DNA of 64,000 nucleotides from a virus, in IMG/VR virus record IMGVR_UViG_3300037231_000129, positions 34,025-98,024 of that record. One strand, given 5' to 3'. Under the pieces are notes generated by a model. It was not told where the DNA came from and ran no database searches. It worked only from the letters and a program-made list of their open reading frames with translations. Positions within the stretch are counted from its first letter, which is position 1. Every line of letters begins with the position of its first letter. The position numbers and the translations under genes were made by a program. Positions 1 to 11,658 of this stretch are shown here, in pieces.

Positions 1-540
1 CTGCTCCGGCGCCTCGATCTCGAGCACCTGGTTCTCCAGTCGGACCGCCCGGCCAACCGTGATCGTCATCATGCCGGTCCCCAGGGACTTCAGCGCTGGA
101 TCCTTCGCGTCGATCGGTTTCCACCACTTCACGATGATCCAACCCCGTTTCGCTGCCATTTCGGGTATCAGATAGAGTTTTGCCGCCATATCCGGCGGTG
201 ACAACGGCCGCTGGTTGGTGTGAAGCACGGGAGTCCTCGATTTATGCTCGGCCATGACGGTCACTTCCTTTGCGGGTAAAGCGGTTGGATATCGATGATG
301 CAGGCAATCGGGATGATCGTCCTGCGCTGGGGGTTGAGACGCATCTGGATGACGTTCATGCGCACCTCTTCCGGCAATCCCGTTGCCCGCCAGACCTCGG
401 TGAAGACGGCGTTCAGATAGGTCACCACGACGGGGCGACGATGCGGGATGGTGAGCCGGAACCGTTCGACCAGTCGCCGCTGTACGTTCGGCGCGGCGGC
501 CGGCGGCGGCAGCATATCGAGCCTGGCCTGCTCAGGAGTA

Positions 541-918
541 TCAGCCGGGCTCATCAGACCGCTCGCCAGTGAACGTACCCGCCTCGATGTCGCCTTTCTC
601 CCGGATGATGCTGGCGAGGTAGCCGACAGCGATGGCGTTGCCGTGTTTGGCCTCCGTGTTCAGTACATCCCAGAGTTCGATCAAGCACATCCCGCGCAGC
701 TCGTTGTCGCGGTCCGCCGGCAGATTTTTCGCATAGCTCAGCATCTGGCTACGAAAGCGCTGCACGCCGGCCGCCCGGCGCCAGTCATCCAATTGGGCCG
801 CGGTTTCGCGAAGAATTTCCGCCAACGGCTTATCCCCCAAAACCCGAGCAGCGGTTCGCAAAAAATCTGTCGTCGGCCACCACGGCTGTGGAAAACGAGA
901 TGGGTTCTTGCGCGTCAT
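541..918 (-). CDS. hypothetical phage protein
   Basis: 125-aa ORF overlapping the ndk stop codon (ATGA coupling). Confidence 0.55.
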   Translation of the reverse strand: MTRKNPSRFPQPWWPTTDFLRTAARVLGDKPLAEILRETAAQLDDWRRAAGVQRFRSQMLSYAKNLPADRDNELRGMCLIELWDVLNTEAKHGNAIAVGYLASIIREKGDIEAGTFTGERSDEPG

Positions 919-1406
919 CGCCAGCTCAGCACGATGCGCGGGAAGAACAGCGCGATCTCGCGCCTAGCCGCGGTGGCATCCTCCGAGCCATGCGCGACGT
1001 TCTCGGCCACCAGGTTGACGTTGCCGTATTCCGCCCGCAGCGTACCTTTGTCGGCGAAGCCTGGATCCGTGGCGCCCAACACCCCGCGCCACGCTTTCAC
1101 TGCATCGCGGCCGCCGATCACCATGGCGACCACCGGGCCCGACACGCTGTCGACCAGCTGCGGCCAGTAGCGTTTTTTCCTGTGCTCGGAGTACAGATCG
1201 AGGATCTGCTCGCTGGTGAGCGTCGCCGCCACCGCGGTCATGATGATCAGCTTTTCCCGCAGGATACGAGAGAGCACGAGGCCGACCAGATTGGCCCTGA
1301 CGGCATGGCTTTTGATCAGGGCGAAGGTGGTTTCCAGAGCAGCTTCACCGGCCGGCGGCTGCGGGATAAGCAGGTTTGGGATCATGACGATTTCCTTATG
1401 ACGCAA
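915..1406 (-). CDS. ndk: nucleoside diphosphate kinase (divergent)
   Basis: ETTFALIK, GPVVAMV, GATDP..GTLRAEYG, NVAHGSE..A.REIALFF motifs; catalytic His present. Confidence 0.9.
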   Translation of the reverse strand: MRHKEIVMIPNLLIPQPPAGEAALETTFALIKSHAVRANLVGLVLSRILREKLIIMTAVAATLTSEQILDLYSEHRKKRYWPQLVDSVSGPVVAMVIGGRDAVKAWRGVLGATDPGFADKGTLRAEYGNVNLVAENVAHGSEDATAARREIALFFPRIVLSWR

Positions 1407-2608
1407 CGGCAGTTGGGAGGGGTAGAGGCGGTGGGGTCGACCAGGATCGCGAGATACAGCGGCCCTTCGTCAACGAATGGCCGGGGCATCGGCGCACCGG
1501 TTCGATCATCGCGCCAGACCTTGCCGATCCCGCCGCAGGGATCACACCGCTTGGCCGATAACCGATCCCAGTTGCGGAGCAGGCGCATAGACTCAGGAAC
1601 GAAGGCACCGAGGCCTTGGCAGACCGGGCAGACGAAGACCGCGACGTTCATGTTCCGTAGATCTCTTTGAGCCGCTTTTCGCTGTAATTGTCCGGATGCT
1701 CGCGGTTCAGTTCTTTCAGCTCTGCGACCGATTTGTTGACGACCCCGGCTATGTCCGCGTCGTCGCACATGAAGTCCCCATGCCAGCAGCATGCACACAA
1801 ACACCTTGAGCATACGATCACCATTCGGTCGTCGTTCATCGCCGGAATTGCTCCGGAATCGGGGTGCCGTCGGGCATCTGCCCGTTGCGGTACCAATCAG
1901 GGGTTTTGTTGGTGGATTCCAGCCGGCCGGGCGGGTAGCCCGCCTGGGTCAGGCGCCTGTTAAAATCGCCCATTTGCTCGCTTTGGTTCTGGAACACCCA
2001 GGCGACCTCGTTGCGGAATTGCTCGTAACGAGCAGTCAGCTTGAACAGCATGACGATCAGGAGGGTCTCGAGCATGACGGACGCGACGATGACAGCGATC
2101 AGGACGATCCAATCGAATAAGGTCATGTCACACCCCCTGTGCTGTGCTGATCTGCGGGCAATCGATCACGATCGGCGCCGGCCGGCCGAGGCAAGGCGCG
2201 TTGCCCTCGGTTGACCAGGGTCGCTCGTAGCAGCGCATGCACCGTCCCATGTAGCTGTGCAAATCGCCCCATAAATGGCCGCTTTTGTCGGACGTTAGGG
2301 CGACAGGGAACCGGGGAAACTCGGACGCGAGTGAATCTTGGCTCATCACCCGCTGACCCTTGTCTGATTGTGGTAGATATCGAGCCTGATCTGATTTGCC
2401 GCGATCTGCTCTTCGAGGTTGGTTATCGCCCGCTCAAGCCGCTCCACGATTGCTGGGAAATAACCGATAAGCTTAACGCCATCGCAGATCGTTTGCAGAT
2501 CGATCAGCACCAGGTGGTCTTCCATGATCTGGAATGTGAGATCACGGATCATCCGGAATCGCCACATTTCGTCTGCGCGAGCGCTGTGTGGGTAGAGCTG
2601 AGTGACCA

Positions 2609-2872
2609 TCAACCCGTGACCTCTTCCGGGGCGTCGTCATCGATGTGGCGCTCATTCCAAGTTGTGCGCCCCAACGCCAACGTTTCAGCAGCTACGTGAG
2701 GTGCTACCAAGCAAAAATCCGCCACACACGAAACCATGACCTTCTCTGGACCACCCCCATGCCAGGATTCGACCTGGGGAATTTCACCGCACCAGGGACA
2801 CCCTTTGAAGCCTTCGACGACGAAGATCGCCATGTCACTCTCCTGCCTTGAACGGCACACGGTCATAGACAC
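2609..2872 (-). CDS. Lar-like (restriction alleviation) zinc-finger protein
   Basis: CPWCG ... V.C...C ... WNER pattern. Confidence 0.55.
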   Translation of the reverse strand: MSMTVCRSRQESDMAIFVVEGFKGCPWCGEIPQVESWHGGGPEKVMVSCVADFCLVAPHVAAETLALGRTTWNERHIDDDAPEEVTG

Positions 2873-2887
2873 CTTTTCGAACCCGGG

Positions 2888-4459
2888 TCAACGGTTGCCC
2901 CGCGGGCCAGTGACCGGCGCCAGCCCCATCGCCTGCCGCAACGCGTTCTCCGATTCCAGCACCTTCTCGGCCTGCGCCTTCAGGAATTCAAACAGTCCGT
3001 CGGTGCCGTTGATGAACATCGCGAAGCCGGACGCGACCGCGTCGACCTGGTCGTCATGCGCGCCGGTGGGGAAGCTCTGGATTTCTTCCAGGAAGTCCTC
3101 GTTCCAGCCCGCCCGGTAGTAGAAGACATTGCCGGCGGAGGCCTGCGACGCCAGCGGCGAGGCGCGAACCGACTTCGAGCCGGTCGCCGGTTCCCATTTC
3201 ACGGTGTAGCCGGCGAGCTGCTTGACCAGGTAAGCGATCTGGTATTTGCCCGCCTGCGCCGGATCCTGCGGAATGAAGATCGGGATCGATTTACCATCCT
3301 GCGCGGCGGTGGTGCTGATCAAGGTCTCGACGCCGCCGGGATCAAACCGTTCCCGAGTAATGTGGCCGATGATGTAGGTCTTGGTCGCCGGATGAAAACC
3401 GAACTTGCAGCCCACCGTCCAGTCCGGATCGGCGCTGCCCATCTTCTCGGTCGCCGCGAGATCCCATGCCCGTACCCAGATAACGCCGTGCGGGATCGCC
3501 TCGAGCGGCTTGAACCAGGCCCGCTTGAATAGACCACCCTCACGCGGCTGCGGCCGCTGCTGCTGCTGTCCGGCCACCGCATAGCCGTCCTGGCCGCCCA
3601 GGTTCTTCCACAGGCCGTCCAGCACCACCTCTGAGAACTTCTCCGGCCACAACGGCTCGCCCTCGGTGGTGCGCCAGTCGAATTCATGGCGATTGGGGTG
3701 CTTGAGCTCAAATCGCGCCGGCAGCACGACGGTGTAGTAACCGCGGCGGATGCACTCGCCGGCGACGTCTTTGTCATTGATCCGCTGCTGCACCACCATC
3801 GACACGCCGCGCTCGGGGGCGTTGAACCGGCCCGACATGGTTTCAAACCAGAAAATCCGCGCCATGGTGATTTCGGCGGGGCTATCTCCCGAAGTGATGT
3901 CGTGCGGATCATCGAAGATATTGAAATCGCTACCATGTCCGGTTACACCGGTGCCGGGCGACCCTACGAAACGAACCCCGCCTTCGGTGGTCTGGTAGTG
4001 CGTCTTGGTGTTCTGATCGCGCCGGAATCGCACTTCCGGCCATCGGGCCTGATACCAGGGGCTTTCGATCAACCGCCGCGACGCGCTGGCATCCCGGGTG
4101 GCGAGCGGCTGGGCGTAGCTCGCGGTGATGAACTTCGCGGACGGCCACCAGGTCCATACCCAGGCGGGAAACGCCACGCTGCAAAGCAGGGACTTCGAAT
4201 AGCGTGGCGGGATGCAGATGACGATTTGCTGGATGTCGCGACGGGCGGCACGCTGCAGGTGGTAGCAAATGACCCGGATATGCCGGCCGTCTTTGAACGG
4301 CTCTGGATCCATAATGGGCCACGCCATCTTGTAGAAATCGATGAACGATCGTCGGCCGAGCTCGCGTTCGACGTCGATCCGATGGCTCAGGAAATCGATG
4401 GTGTCATTGTCAGTGGCGAGCATTGGGTCTACGGTAATGGACCAAAGAGGGGTATCCAA
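2888..4459 (-). CDS. terL: terminase large subunit
   Basis: IPPRYSKS Walker A-like, VTGHGSDFNIFDDPH Walker B, AWDLA nuclease motif, FPTGAHDDQVDA C-terminus. Confidence 0.95.
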   Translation of the reverse strand: MDTPLWSITVDPMLATDNDTIDFLSHRIDVERELGRRSFIDFYKMAWPIMDPEPFKDGRHIRVICYHLQRAARRDIQQIVICIPPRYSKSLLCSVAFPAWVWTWWPSAKFITASYAQPLATRDASASRRLIESPWYQARWPEVRFRRDQNTKTHYQTTEGGVRFVGSPGTGVTGHGSDFNIFDDPHDITSGDSPAEITMARIFWFETMSGRFNAPERGVSMVVQQRINDKDVAGECIRRGYYTVVLPARFELKHPNRHEFDWRTTEGEPLWPEKFSEVVLDGLWKNLGGQDGYAVAGQQQQRPQPREGGLFKRAWFKPLEAIPHGVIWVRAWDLAATEKMGSADPDWTVGCKFGFHPATKTYIIGHITRERFDPGGVETLISTTAAQDGKSIPIFIPQDPAQAGKYQIAYLVKQLAGYTVKWEPATGSKSVRASPLASQASAGNVFYYRAGWNEDFLEEIQSFPTGAHDDQVDAVASGFAMFINGTDGLFEFLKAQAEKVLESENALRQAMGLAPVTGPRGNR

Positions 4460-4972
4460 ATGTCACACTATACCGGTCCTAATCCGGCGGCGATTAAGTT
4501 CGTGGAAAACGTCCCCGATGAATTTGCGGAGATGTGCCGTATTTCCAATGGGATACTGTATTTGCACATTTGGGTGCCCGGACCGGATTCTGAGAAGCGA
4601 TTTGCCGACACAACCGATCGAGATGCTCAAGTGGACCGCTATCTCGTTGAAACCTTCTTCAAATCTCTCGCCAGCCACGAAAACCCGTTCTGTATGCTTT
4701 GCGACACCCGTTTCCATATCGCGGCACCATCGCTTGAACCACCGCCGCTCGTAAATCCGAACATCTATCCCGTCGCCATTGCGATTTTGCGACCCGATCT
4801 CGATGTCGGAAAGAAGCATCGTGAAATGCCCGCCATTATCAGTGGGATATGCGACGATTGTGCCGGGCGTCATCCCGACCTCTACCAGACTCTGGCCCTT
4901 TTTTATGGTCGCTATTACCTTGATGGGGTCCGGCTGATCGACCGCTCGACACACGAGCCCGGTCATGCCTGA
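4460..4972 (+). CDS. hypothetical protein, first of a + strand cluster of small genes (4460-6671)
   Basis: AGAGGGG SD before ATG 4460; CxxC pairs; followed by tightly coupled small ORFs. Confidence 0.55.
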   Translation: MSHYTGPNPAAIKFVENVPDEFAEMCRISNGILYLHIWVPGPDSEKRFADTTDRDAQVDRYLVETFFKSLASHENPFCMLCDTRFHIAAPSLEPPPLVNPNIYPVAIAILRPDLDVGKKHREMPAIISGICDDCAGRHPDLYQTLALFYGRYYLDGVRLIDRSTHEPGHA

Positions 4973-5211
4973 TTCACCTATCCGCACAACACAAGAGACG
5001 ATCGCGATCTACGAGCAAGATTGGCGGGATACGCTTGGCCGCGAAATGACCTTCGAAACATACGTTCAGGGAAGGGTCGATCAAACGATGCTCGATCTTC
5101 AAAAAATCCAGGAAATCCTGAAATGGCTGAGAGCAGGCCCATCAAAGCGATCGCGTATCGAGCACGAAAACAGGCTATTTAGCCGCCACATCGTATTTCC
5201 CGAGGTGAACG

Positions 5212-5514
5212 ATGGCTGACCGACAATTCTTAGAACAGCTGACCAAACAACTCGCCAACGATGGCAAGCTGATCGAATCCGGCTACGTCGCGATGCGGCT
5301 TCACTGCATGGATCGGGACGCGCCGCCCGACCAGGTGCGGGAAATGCGCATGGCGTTCATGGCCGGCGCGCAACATCTGTTCAGCAGCCTCATGGTTACG
5401 CTGGATCCCGAGCATGAGCCGACGGAGGCGGATATGCGGCGGATGGACCTGATCGACAAAGAGCTTCGCGCGTTCATCCCAGAGTTGAACAAGTGGGTGG
5501 CCGCTCATGGCTAA
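5212..5514 (+). CDS. hypothetical phage protein
   Basis: GAGGT SD; Q.REMRMAFMAGA motif resembling small phage proteins. Confidence 0.6.
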   Translation: MADRQFLEQLTKQLANDGKLIESGYVAMRLHCMDRDAPPDQVREMRMAFMAGAQHLFSSLMVTLDPEHEPTEADMRRMDLIDKELRAFIPELNKWVAAHG

Positions 5515-8500
5515 ATTTGGGAGCATCTTCGATTACGCTGAGCAGGTCACAATCGATGGCGACCACAGTCTCAAAGCGGTGGTAACTGGCTTTCACTTCG
5601 GTCCGCCGGGCTACGAGATGATCGATGTAGCCTGGATTCACAACGGCGAGCAGAAGACCGCGACGGTCCATGCCTGCCGATTGAAATCGACGCTCAATAA
5701 GCCGCTGCCGCCGGGATACCTCAAGCCATGAACGAACCCCTCTACGGCTGGTTCGACAAGGCTGACGCACCACCGGTCTACGAGCCGCCCCTCGACACGC
5801 CCTGCCCCTATTGCGGGCTTCCCTGCACGGACGACGATGTCCGCACCCACAGCTTCGTCAGCCTGGAGCGCCGCGCCGGCAGACGGTCGTATTTCTACCG
5901 CACGCACCAGACCTGCGACGACCAGGCCTCGGAGGGAGAGCAGGAATCCATTTTCAACGGCGTGGTCGAGCAGATCGCCGTGATCGAGGGCGAAGAGCCA
6001 TGACGCAATCCATTCCTCCCGCAAGGCCGGCCAACAACAACGATCGGATTCCCAAGAATTTCATAAGCTTCAGCGATCTCGCGACAGGCATGGGACTAGA
6101 TGAAGACGTTCTTCTGCAACGGCTCGCAAAGATTTTCAGCAAGCGAGACATCCCTGCAGCCGAGGGTGAACCGCCGTAACCGAACAGGAGACAAACCCAT
6201 GGATTACACGGCCTCCCAGCAGCTTGTCGTCGATGAACGCAACGCGCTGGAAGCAAAGATGACGACGCTGGTGGAGTACATCGCGAACTCGGAAGAATTC
6301 GCGCTGCTGCCTGTCGAAGACCGCGGCCGGCTGCGGATCCAGCTGTCGATCATGCGCCAGTACAGCGACATTCTGTTCGTCCGGATTGACCATTTCGCCA
6401 AGCCATGAGCCGCGCATCTCACCCTGAAGCCACCGCCGACGAAGTCTTCATCGGCAACATCTGGCGCAGCGATTTCTCGAAGATCGGTTGGAAAACCAAG
6501 CGACTTGGCCGGATCGCTTATGCGAGCGATGGCCGGGAAATTCCCAAGCACCAGGCATTCTCGCCTGTCTTCGCGAGTCGCGAAGAGGTTGAGGCCGCTG
6601 GTGTGGCAATCCCCGATACCGGCGTCATCGATCACTGTTGGCACGGCAAACTGAACTCTCGACCCCTCTGAAACGGCACGCGGGGATGACGCTGATCACG
6701 CCTGCGACGACGCGCCATCTGATTGCCGAGCTGCGCGCTCAGTGCCGGGAAATGCCGGCGCTGGCGTAGCCGGAATGGGCGTAAGCGGTTCATCGCGCGC
6801 CATGTGGCCGTGTCGACCACGACCATCGTTTCCGGCCATGGGACCTTCCACTGATCCCAGAACGCGTGCAGCGCCGCGTCGATCTCGATGATCATCTGGC
6901 TATCTGGCATTCTGGCTATCTGGCTTTCCGTCTCAATGGTTCATCGACGGCCGCGCAGCGCGTCCTGTCGGCGTCAGGCGCACCATTGGTCGCGGCCAGT
7001 TAGAGACCTCGATCAAGCTGTTCATGAGAAGCTCCTGGAACGATCTCCACTCAATAAGCCCATAATCGATGGGCTGCCATTCCGGCGTGATCAGCGCCAG
7101 CACGCGACGCCCCGCCGGCGAGATCAAATCTTGCGATGACTTAGGTGTCAGCTTTGCTCACGGGAAGCAGAGACACTGACATAGAATCGATCCCGTAGGC
7201 CTTGAGCGTCGTGCGTGCCTCGATCAGCTGCTCGACCACATCCCGCATCTGGTTGTCGGTCCATTCAGGCCGCGTATCAGCGCCAGGCCGGTCTTTCGGC
7301 CCACAGCTTTGCAGCAAGTCTTCCAGCTCGGCGGAGGTAGCCCGCGGTAGCCGCCAATTGAGCCGCGATCGCCGGCGCGAAGTTTCCCTGCTTGCCGCCA
7401 TGCGCCGCAGCTTGATGAGCTGCTCGAGCACGTCCCTCATTTGACCATCGAGCAGCTCTAGGTCGAGTAGTCTGCGGAGTGTTCGGGCATAACAGAGCCA
7501 CGTGTCGCGACTGATGTGCAACGGCACCTCGAGGCGGGAATTGACCGCGAAATGCCAGAGCAGGAACTGAGGATTGTCGAGTTCTGATGGTCTGCCTGCG
7601 TTCTCGGCTTCGATCTGCCAGTGCTCGGCCCCGTCGGTGATATTGGGAACGTGCAAATTGTCGCTCATGTGAGCGGCCACGCGAGGCCCAGCGCGGCCGC
7701 GACCTCCATCGACGTGATCTCCCATCCCTCCTCGGTGTCGCCCTCCTGGCGCATGACGTGAAACGCCGGCAGGGCGTCCTCAGGAAACAGGTCGGCGGCG
7801 ATCGGCGTCTCGTCCACCACCTCGACACCGCCATGAAAGCCTTCCACGGGCTCGACGGTGATCGGCGCGTCGTCACCGTTGGGATTGTGGACGATGTGGC
7901 GCAGCTCGCCGCTGAGCAGCGTGACGTCGAACGGTGGTGGCCCGAAGCCGCCCAGCATGAGCGTCACTTTCGGAATTTCGCGCCAGGTGCCGTTTTCGAT
8001 CCAGCCCCAGGCGCGCCCGTCGTCGAGATTGTCGAACTTGGCCATTTAGCGCTCCAGCCCTTTAGCGTCGGGCACCTCCAGCCGAAAGTTGATGATCGTG
8101 CCGAGGACAGCCTCGACTGGCTGCATAACAAGAACCACAGGCGCCAACCGATTACAGGCTACCCACCCAGACAAAAATGCCCGGCGATGCATGCCTTCCT
8201 CGCGCACGGTCAGGGTTCCAAGGTGTTGCCGATAGGCCGCATAATCTGCGTACATGGCTTTACGCTTTTCGTCATCAGTCATGAGGAAGATCCTGCCAAG
8301 CATGTTCGACAGCTTCGACCCGCTGCCATCCTTCGAAGTGGATCAGCGTCTCGGCATCGACCTTGCGCGCGAAACGGAGAGCCTTGCTTGCGTCGTTCGT
8401 CCACAAATCGGGCGTCACCAGCGCTTGCTGCCATTCCCATCGCGACGCCGGCCCAGCTGCATACCAGGACGGTGATCCTACTCCTCGTCGCTCGATGAGC

Positions 8501-8604
8501 CAGCCGGTTTCAGCAACCGCTGGCGTCGTCTTGCCGAGATCCCCCATGACGCACCGCTTTCCAGTTGCGGCGGCCCCCGAGCAGCAACGCGAGGGCCGCG
8601 TTGA

Positions 8605-10185
8605 TCATGCCGCGGCTGCGATGGCCCCGGTGACCGTCGCAAACCCGCTGATCGTCGGCGCCACGGTTCCCTTATGGGTGCAACCAACCAACACCAGTTT
8701 CGAAGTCGGCATATAGCTGCCAGCCTGGATTTCACCAGCAACACCACCGCCGTCGAAAATGACATCTGTCATTGTAACAGTGGCACCCGTCGCCTGGTTT
8801 AAGGCGCTCTCCATGCTGTATCCGAAGAACAGCGTATTCGCCGCATTGGCTCGCAGCGCGATCGTGGTTCCGGTGATCGACACCAGGCCACCGTCAGGGA
8901 TGTCGACGACACTTCCGGAAACCGCGCCGCCGTCGGCCGCGCCGCCCGTCAGCACGCCGCCGGTGATGGTCGTTGTTCCCGCCCGTGATTTGACCGCGTG
9001 TGTGGAAAGCGGACCGGTCGATACAGTCGATGTCCCCAGCACGAATTTTGTGGTCGGACTGCCGCCGACATACATCTCGTGCGTGTAACCATCGCCAGCA
9101 CCATTGCCGTGGATGTTGCTGCCGTTGACCGTGATGTTGCTGGCGAAGGTCAGAATTCCGTCCTGACAGCCGGTGATCTCGACATCGGTCAGCGTGAAGC
9201 CGATCCCGGCCGCGCCGTCTCGCACTCCCGCCGCGTTGTTGCCCAAGGACGCTGGCACCGCCGCACCTTGAATCGTCAGCTTCTCGATCGTCACGCCGGC
9301 CACCGTTGGGACCAAGACGGCCTTGTTCTCATATGGCGGCAAATCGGTGGCGTTGATCGTTGTCACCCCCGTCCCGGCGCCAGTCACGATCCCGGCCACA
9401 TTGATCGCGCCGGTACCGACAAACGTCCCGGCGCCCAAGGTCAGCGTCTGGCCTGTCGCCAGATCCGTTAGAAGCGTGGCAAGCGTTCCCGATTTGGCGA
9501 CACCAGCGATTGTGCCGGCGACGGTGGTCAGCGCGGGCGCAGGCACCGGGATCGGAGCCGCTGGGACGGCACTTTGAGGCAGGAACGTCATATTCGAGCC
9601 GTTCGAGTTGAAAATCGACGTGGCATACGAAGCACTCCCGGTGCCCCGCGAGTTCGCCGCGTCCTGATTACACCACCACGGGATCAGGCCGACGGTTGCC
9701 GCGTTGATCCACAGTCCATTCAAGCCTGGCCCGGTTGCATTGATCTCGAAGCCGGTCATGCCCGTGAAATCGCCGTTGATAGTGAAAACCTGCGATCCGG
9801 TCATGGTCTCGCCAACGTCCGAGGTCACGGTCAGGGGGCCGGCGAGCGCCGTTTGCTCGGTTCCCTGATTCATGATGAGCACGAATTCGCAGCTGCCCGC
9901 CGTGCCCGGGTTGTTCGAAAGGGTGAGCTGGATGCTGTTGGGGCCTTTGCCGAGAGTGACTGGCGCTCCGGCTGCAATTCCCGTCGGCATTGCGAGGGGA
10001 TAAGCGTTGGTGCTGCCGGTGACGACCGGCGTCGTGCCGCCTCCCGTGGTGCCACCTCCCGTGGTACCGCCTCCCGTGCCCGTCCCGCTGCCTGTTACGC
10101 TGGCACCGCCGCCTGTTAAGACGGTGGTCTCGACGGTGGTCGATGAAAGGGTCGTGGTCTTCGTGGTGGTGTTGTTGCCGCTCAT
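8605..10185 (-). CDS. Gly/Thr-rich protein with C-terminal right-handed parallel beta-helix domain
   Basis: GGAG SD; GGGTT repeats; GNNAAGVR..CQDGILT..HGNGAGDGYTHEMYVG..HAVKSRA beta-helix pattern. Confidence 0.7.
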   Translation of the reverse strand: MSGNNTTTKTTTLSSTTVETTVLTGGGASVTGSGTGTGGGTTGGGTTGGGTTPVVTGSTNAYPLAMPTGIAAGAPVTLGKGPNSIQLTLSNNPGTAGSCEFVLIMNQGTEQTALAGPLTVTSDVGETMTGSQVFTINGDFTGMTGFEINATGPGLNGLWINAATVGLIPWWCNQDAANSRGTGSASYATSIFNSNGSNMTFLPQSAVPAAPIPVPAPALTTVAGTIAGVAKSGTLATLLTDLATGQTLTLGAGTFVGTGAINVAGIVTGAGTGVTTINATDLPPYENKAVLVPTVAGVTIEKLTIQGAAVPASLGNNAAGVRDGAAGIGFTLTDVEITGCQDGILTFASNITVNGSNIHGNGAGDGYTHEMYVGGSPTTKFVLGTSTVSTGPLSTHAVKSRAGTTTITGGVLTGGAADGGAVSGSVVDIPDGGLVSITGTTIALRANAANTLFFGYSMESALNQATGATVTMTDVIFDGGGVAGEIQAGSYMPTSKLVLVGCTHKGTVAPTISGFATVTGAIAAAA

Positions 10186-11445
10186 GGGTGTCTCCTCTGA
10201 AATCATAGAAAAATTGCAATTATTCAGTCGGCGTCGCGATCTGGCCCTTGACCATATCGAGTAGAAACTTGTTTAGCCTGTTTTGAGCTATCACGGCTGG
10301 ACCAATTAAAGTGTTGACCTCGGCCTGCGCCGCATCGAGCCGCATGCGAGCGGCCCTTAGCTTCGCCTGATATCGCGCGGCGTCAGCGACCAACGTACGG
10401 ATCTGAGCAAGATCATCGTCAGCCACGACGAACGGCGCGCCGCAGAGCTGCTTCACGTTGGAGACGCTCCGCCGCGTTTTTCAACTGCTCGACCTGGCCG
10501 GGCGTGACTCGAGCATGCACCAAATCGTCGAGAACCTCGTCGACGCGTTTGGCGACCTTACGAGCCGCTTCGATTTCCTCGGCCTTTTCCACGGCTGCCC
10601 GCGCGACGACGATCTCGCCAGCGACGGATCTGAGTCGTTCTCGACCTGATTGCTGGAGGACCAGTGCGGGATCGTTGTAGATCCCCTCCTGCATGGGATG
10701 ACCTCCCATCGGCACGATCCCGACGCTTTTGCCGTCCGGCGCCATCTCGGCGTGCGTCCCATAAAGGTCACCCGCGCGCAACATACGTTCCGCCTCCGCG
10801 ATCATTTCGTCGGAGAAAGCCTTATCGGTCTCGGAATTACCGAAACGACCGAAACCCTTGCACGATATCGAGTATCTCGGCACAGCGTCAGTGCTCGGCG
10901 GAAGCCGCGCCACCGGATGATCGCTCGCCAGGAAACGTCGTTCGCAGCGCAGCCACGCCTCCGCCGGCTTCGGACTGGGTTTCTGGGACGTGATTCCCGG
11001 TCCAAATGGGTCTGCCGAGGCGATCTGCGACGTTTGGCCGGCGAGAGGCTTGGTGATGACGGCTTCGATCTGCGCCCGCAGCTTCGTCTCCTCATCCTCG
11101 AGATCGTCGAAGATCATCATGCTCGCGCTCAAGCCTGTTAGGCTCGCCGCCGGCGATATCTTCGTCGTCTTCCAACGATACCCGACCGGGATTGGCACCG
11201 TATTGTCCTCTGGGTGAAACACGGAAACGGGCCCATGCTCGAGGCCGACCTCGACGTCTGCGACTCGGAACACGGGCTCGAGCGCTTCCAGTGGGATGCG
11301 AAAATTCTTCCGCAAAACACCGAATCCCTGCGATTTCCCACAATTTAACAAAGCCTGCATCTCGGCCAAAGTCGGGAGAACCTTCGGTGGATCGCCGCAT
11401 GCCATTTGCCTGCCTCCATTCCTGATCCCAGCATCATAGGCGCAT

Positions 11446-11521
11446 TGGTGCCCAGGGATGGAATCGAACCACCGACTCCCGCGTTTTCGGCGCGGAGCTC
11501 TACCAACTGAGCTACCCGGGC
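11446..11521 (-). tRNA. tRNA-Phe(GAA)
   Basis: 76-nt cloverleaf GCCCGGG/CCTGGGC, D-arm GCTC/GAGC, anticodon loop CC-GAA-AA, TTCGATT T-loop, encoded CCA. Confidence 0.9.
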
Positions 11522-11525
11522 AACG

Positions 11526-11625
11526 AGCCTGGTGAGGGATTCGAACCCCCGACCTCTCTACAGTCCCACAGCCGTGAAGCTGACCCTGCTTGAGTGCTCT
11601 GACCGAATAACTGAGCTACCCAGAC
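11526..11625 (-). ncRNA. tRNA-like RNA with greatly extended anticodon arm
   Basis: acceptor GTCTGGG/ACCAGGC, TA-GCTC..GAGC D-arm, AGGTC variable loop, GGGGG-TTCGAAT-CCCTC T-arm; 39-nt stem-loop in place of the anticodon arm; no CCA. Confidence 0.7.
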
Positions 11626-11658
11626 CCGACGCAACCTTGATCGGCCCATGATCGTGTG

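Noticed and set aside
11526-11625. Selenocysteine or opal-suppressor tRNA (TCA in the apical loop), or a group I intron-containing tRNA
   Set aside because: The loop is 6 nt on an over-long arm, there is no long variable arm, and the ~22-nt extra sequence is far too short for a self-splicing intron.
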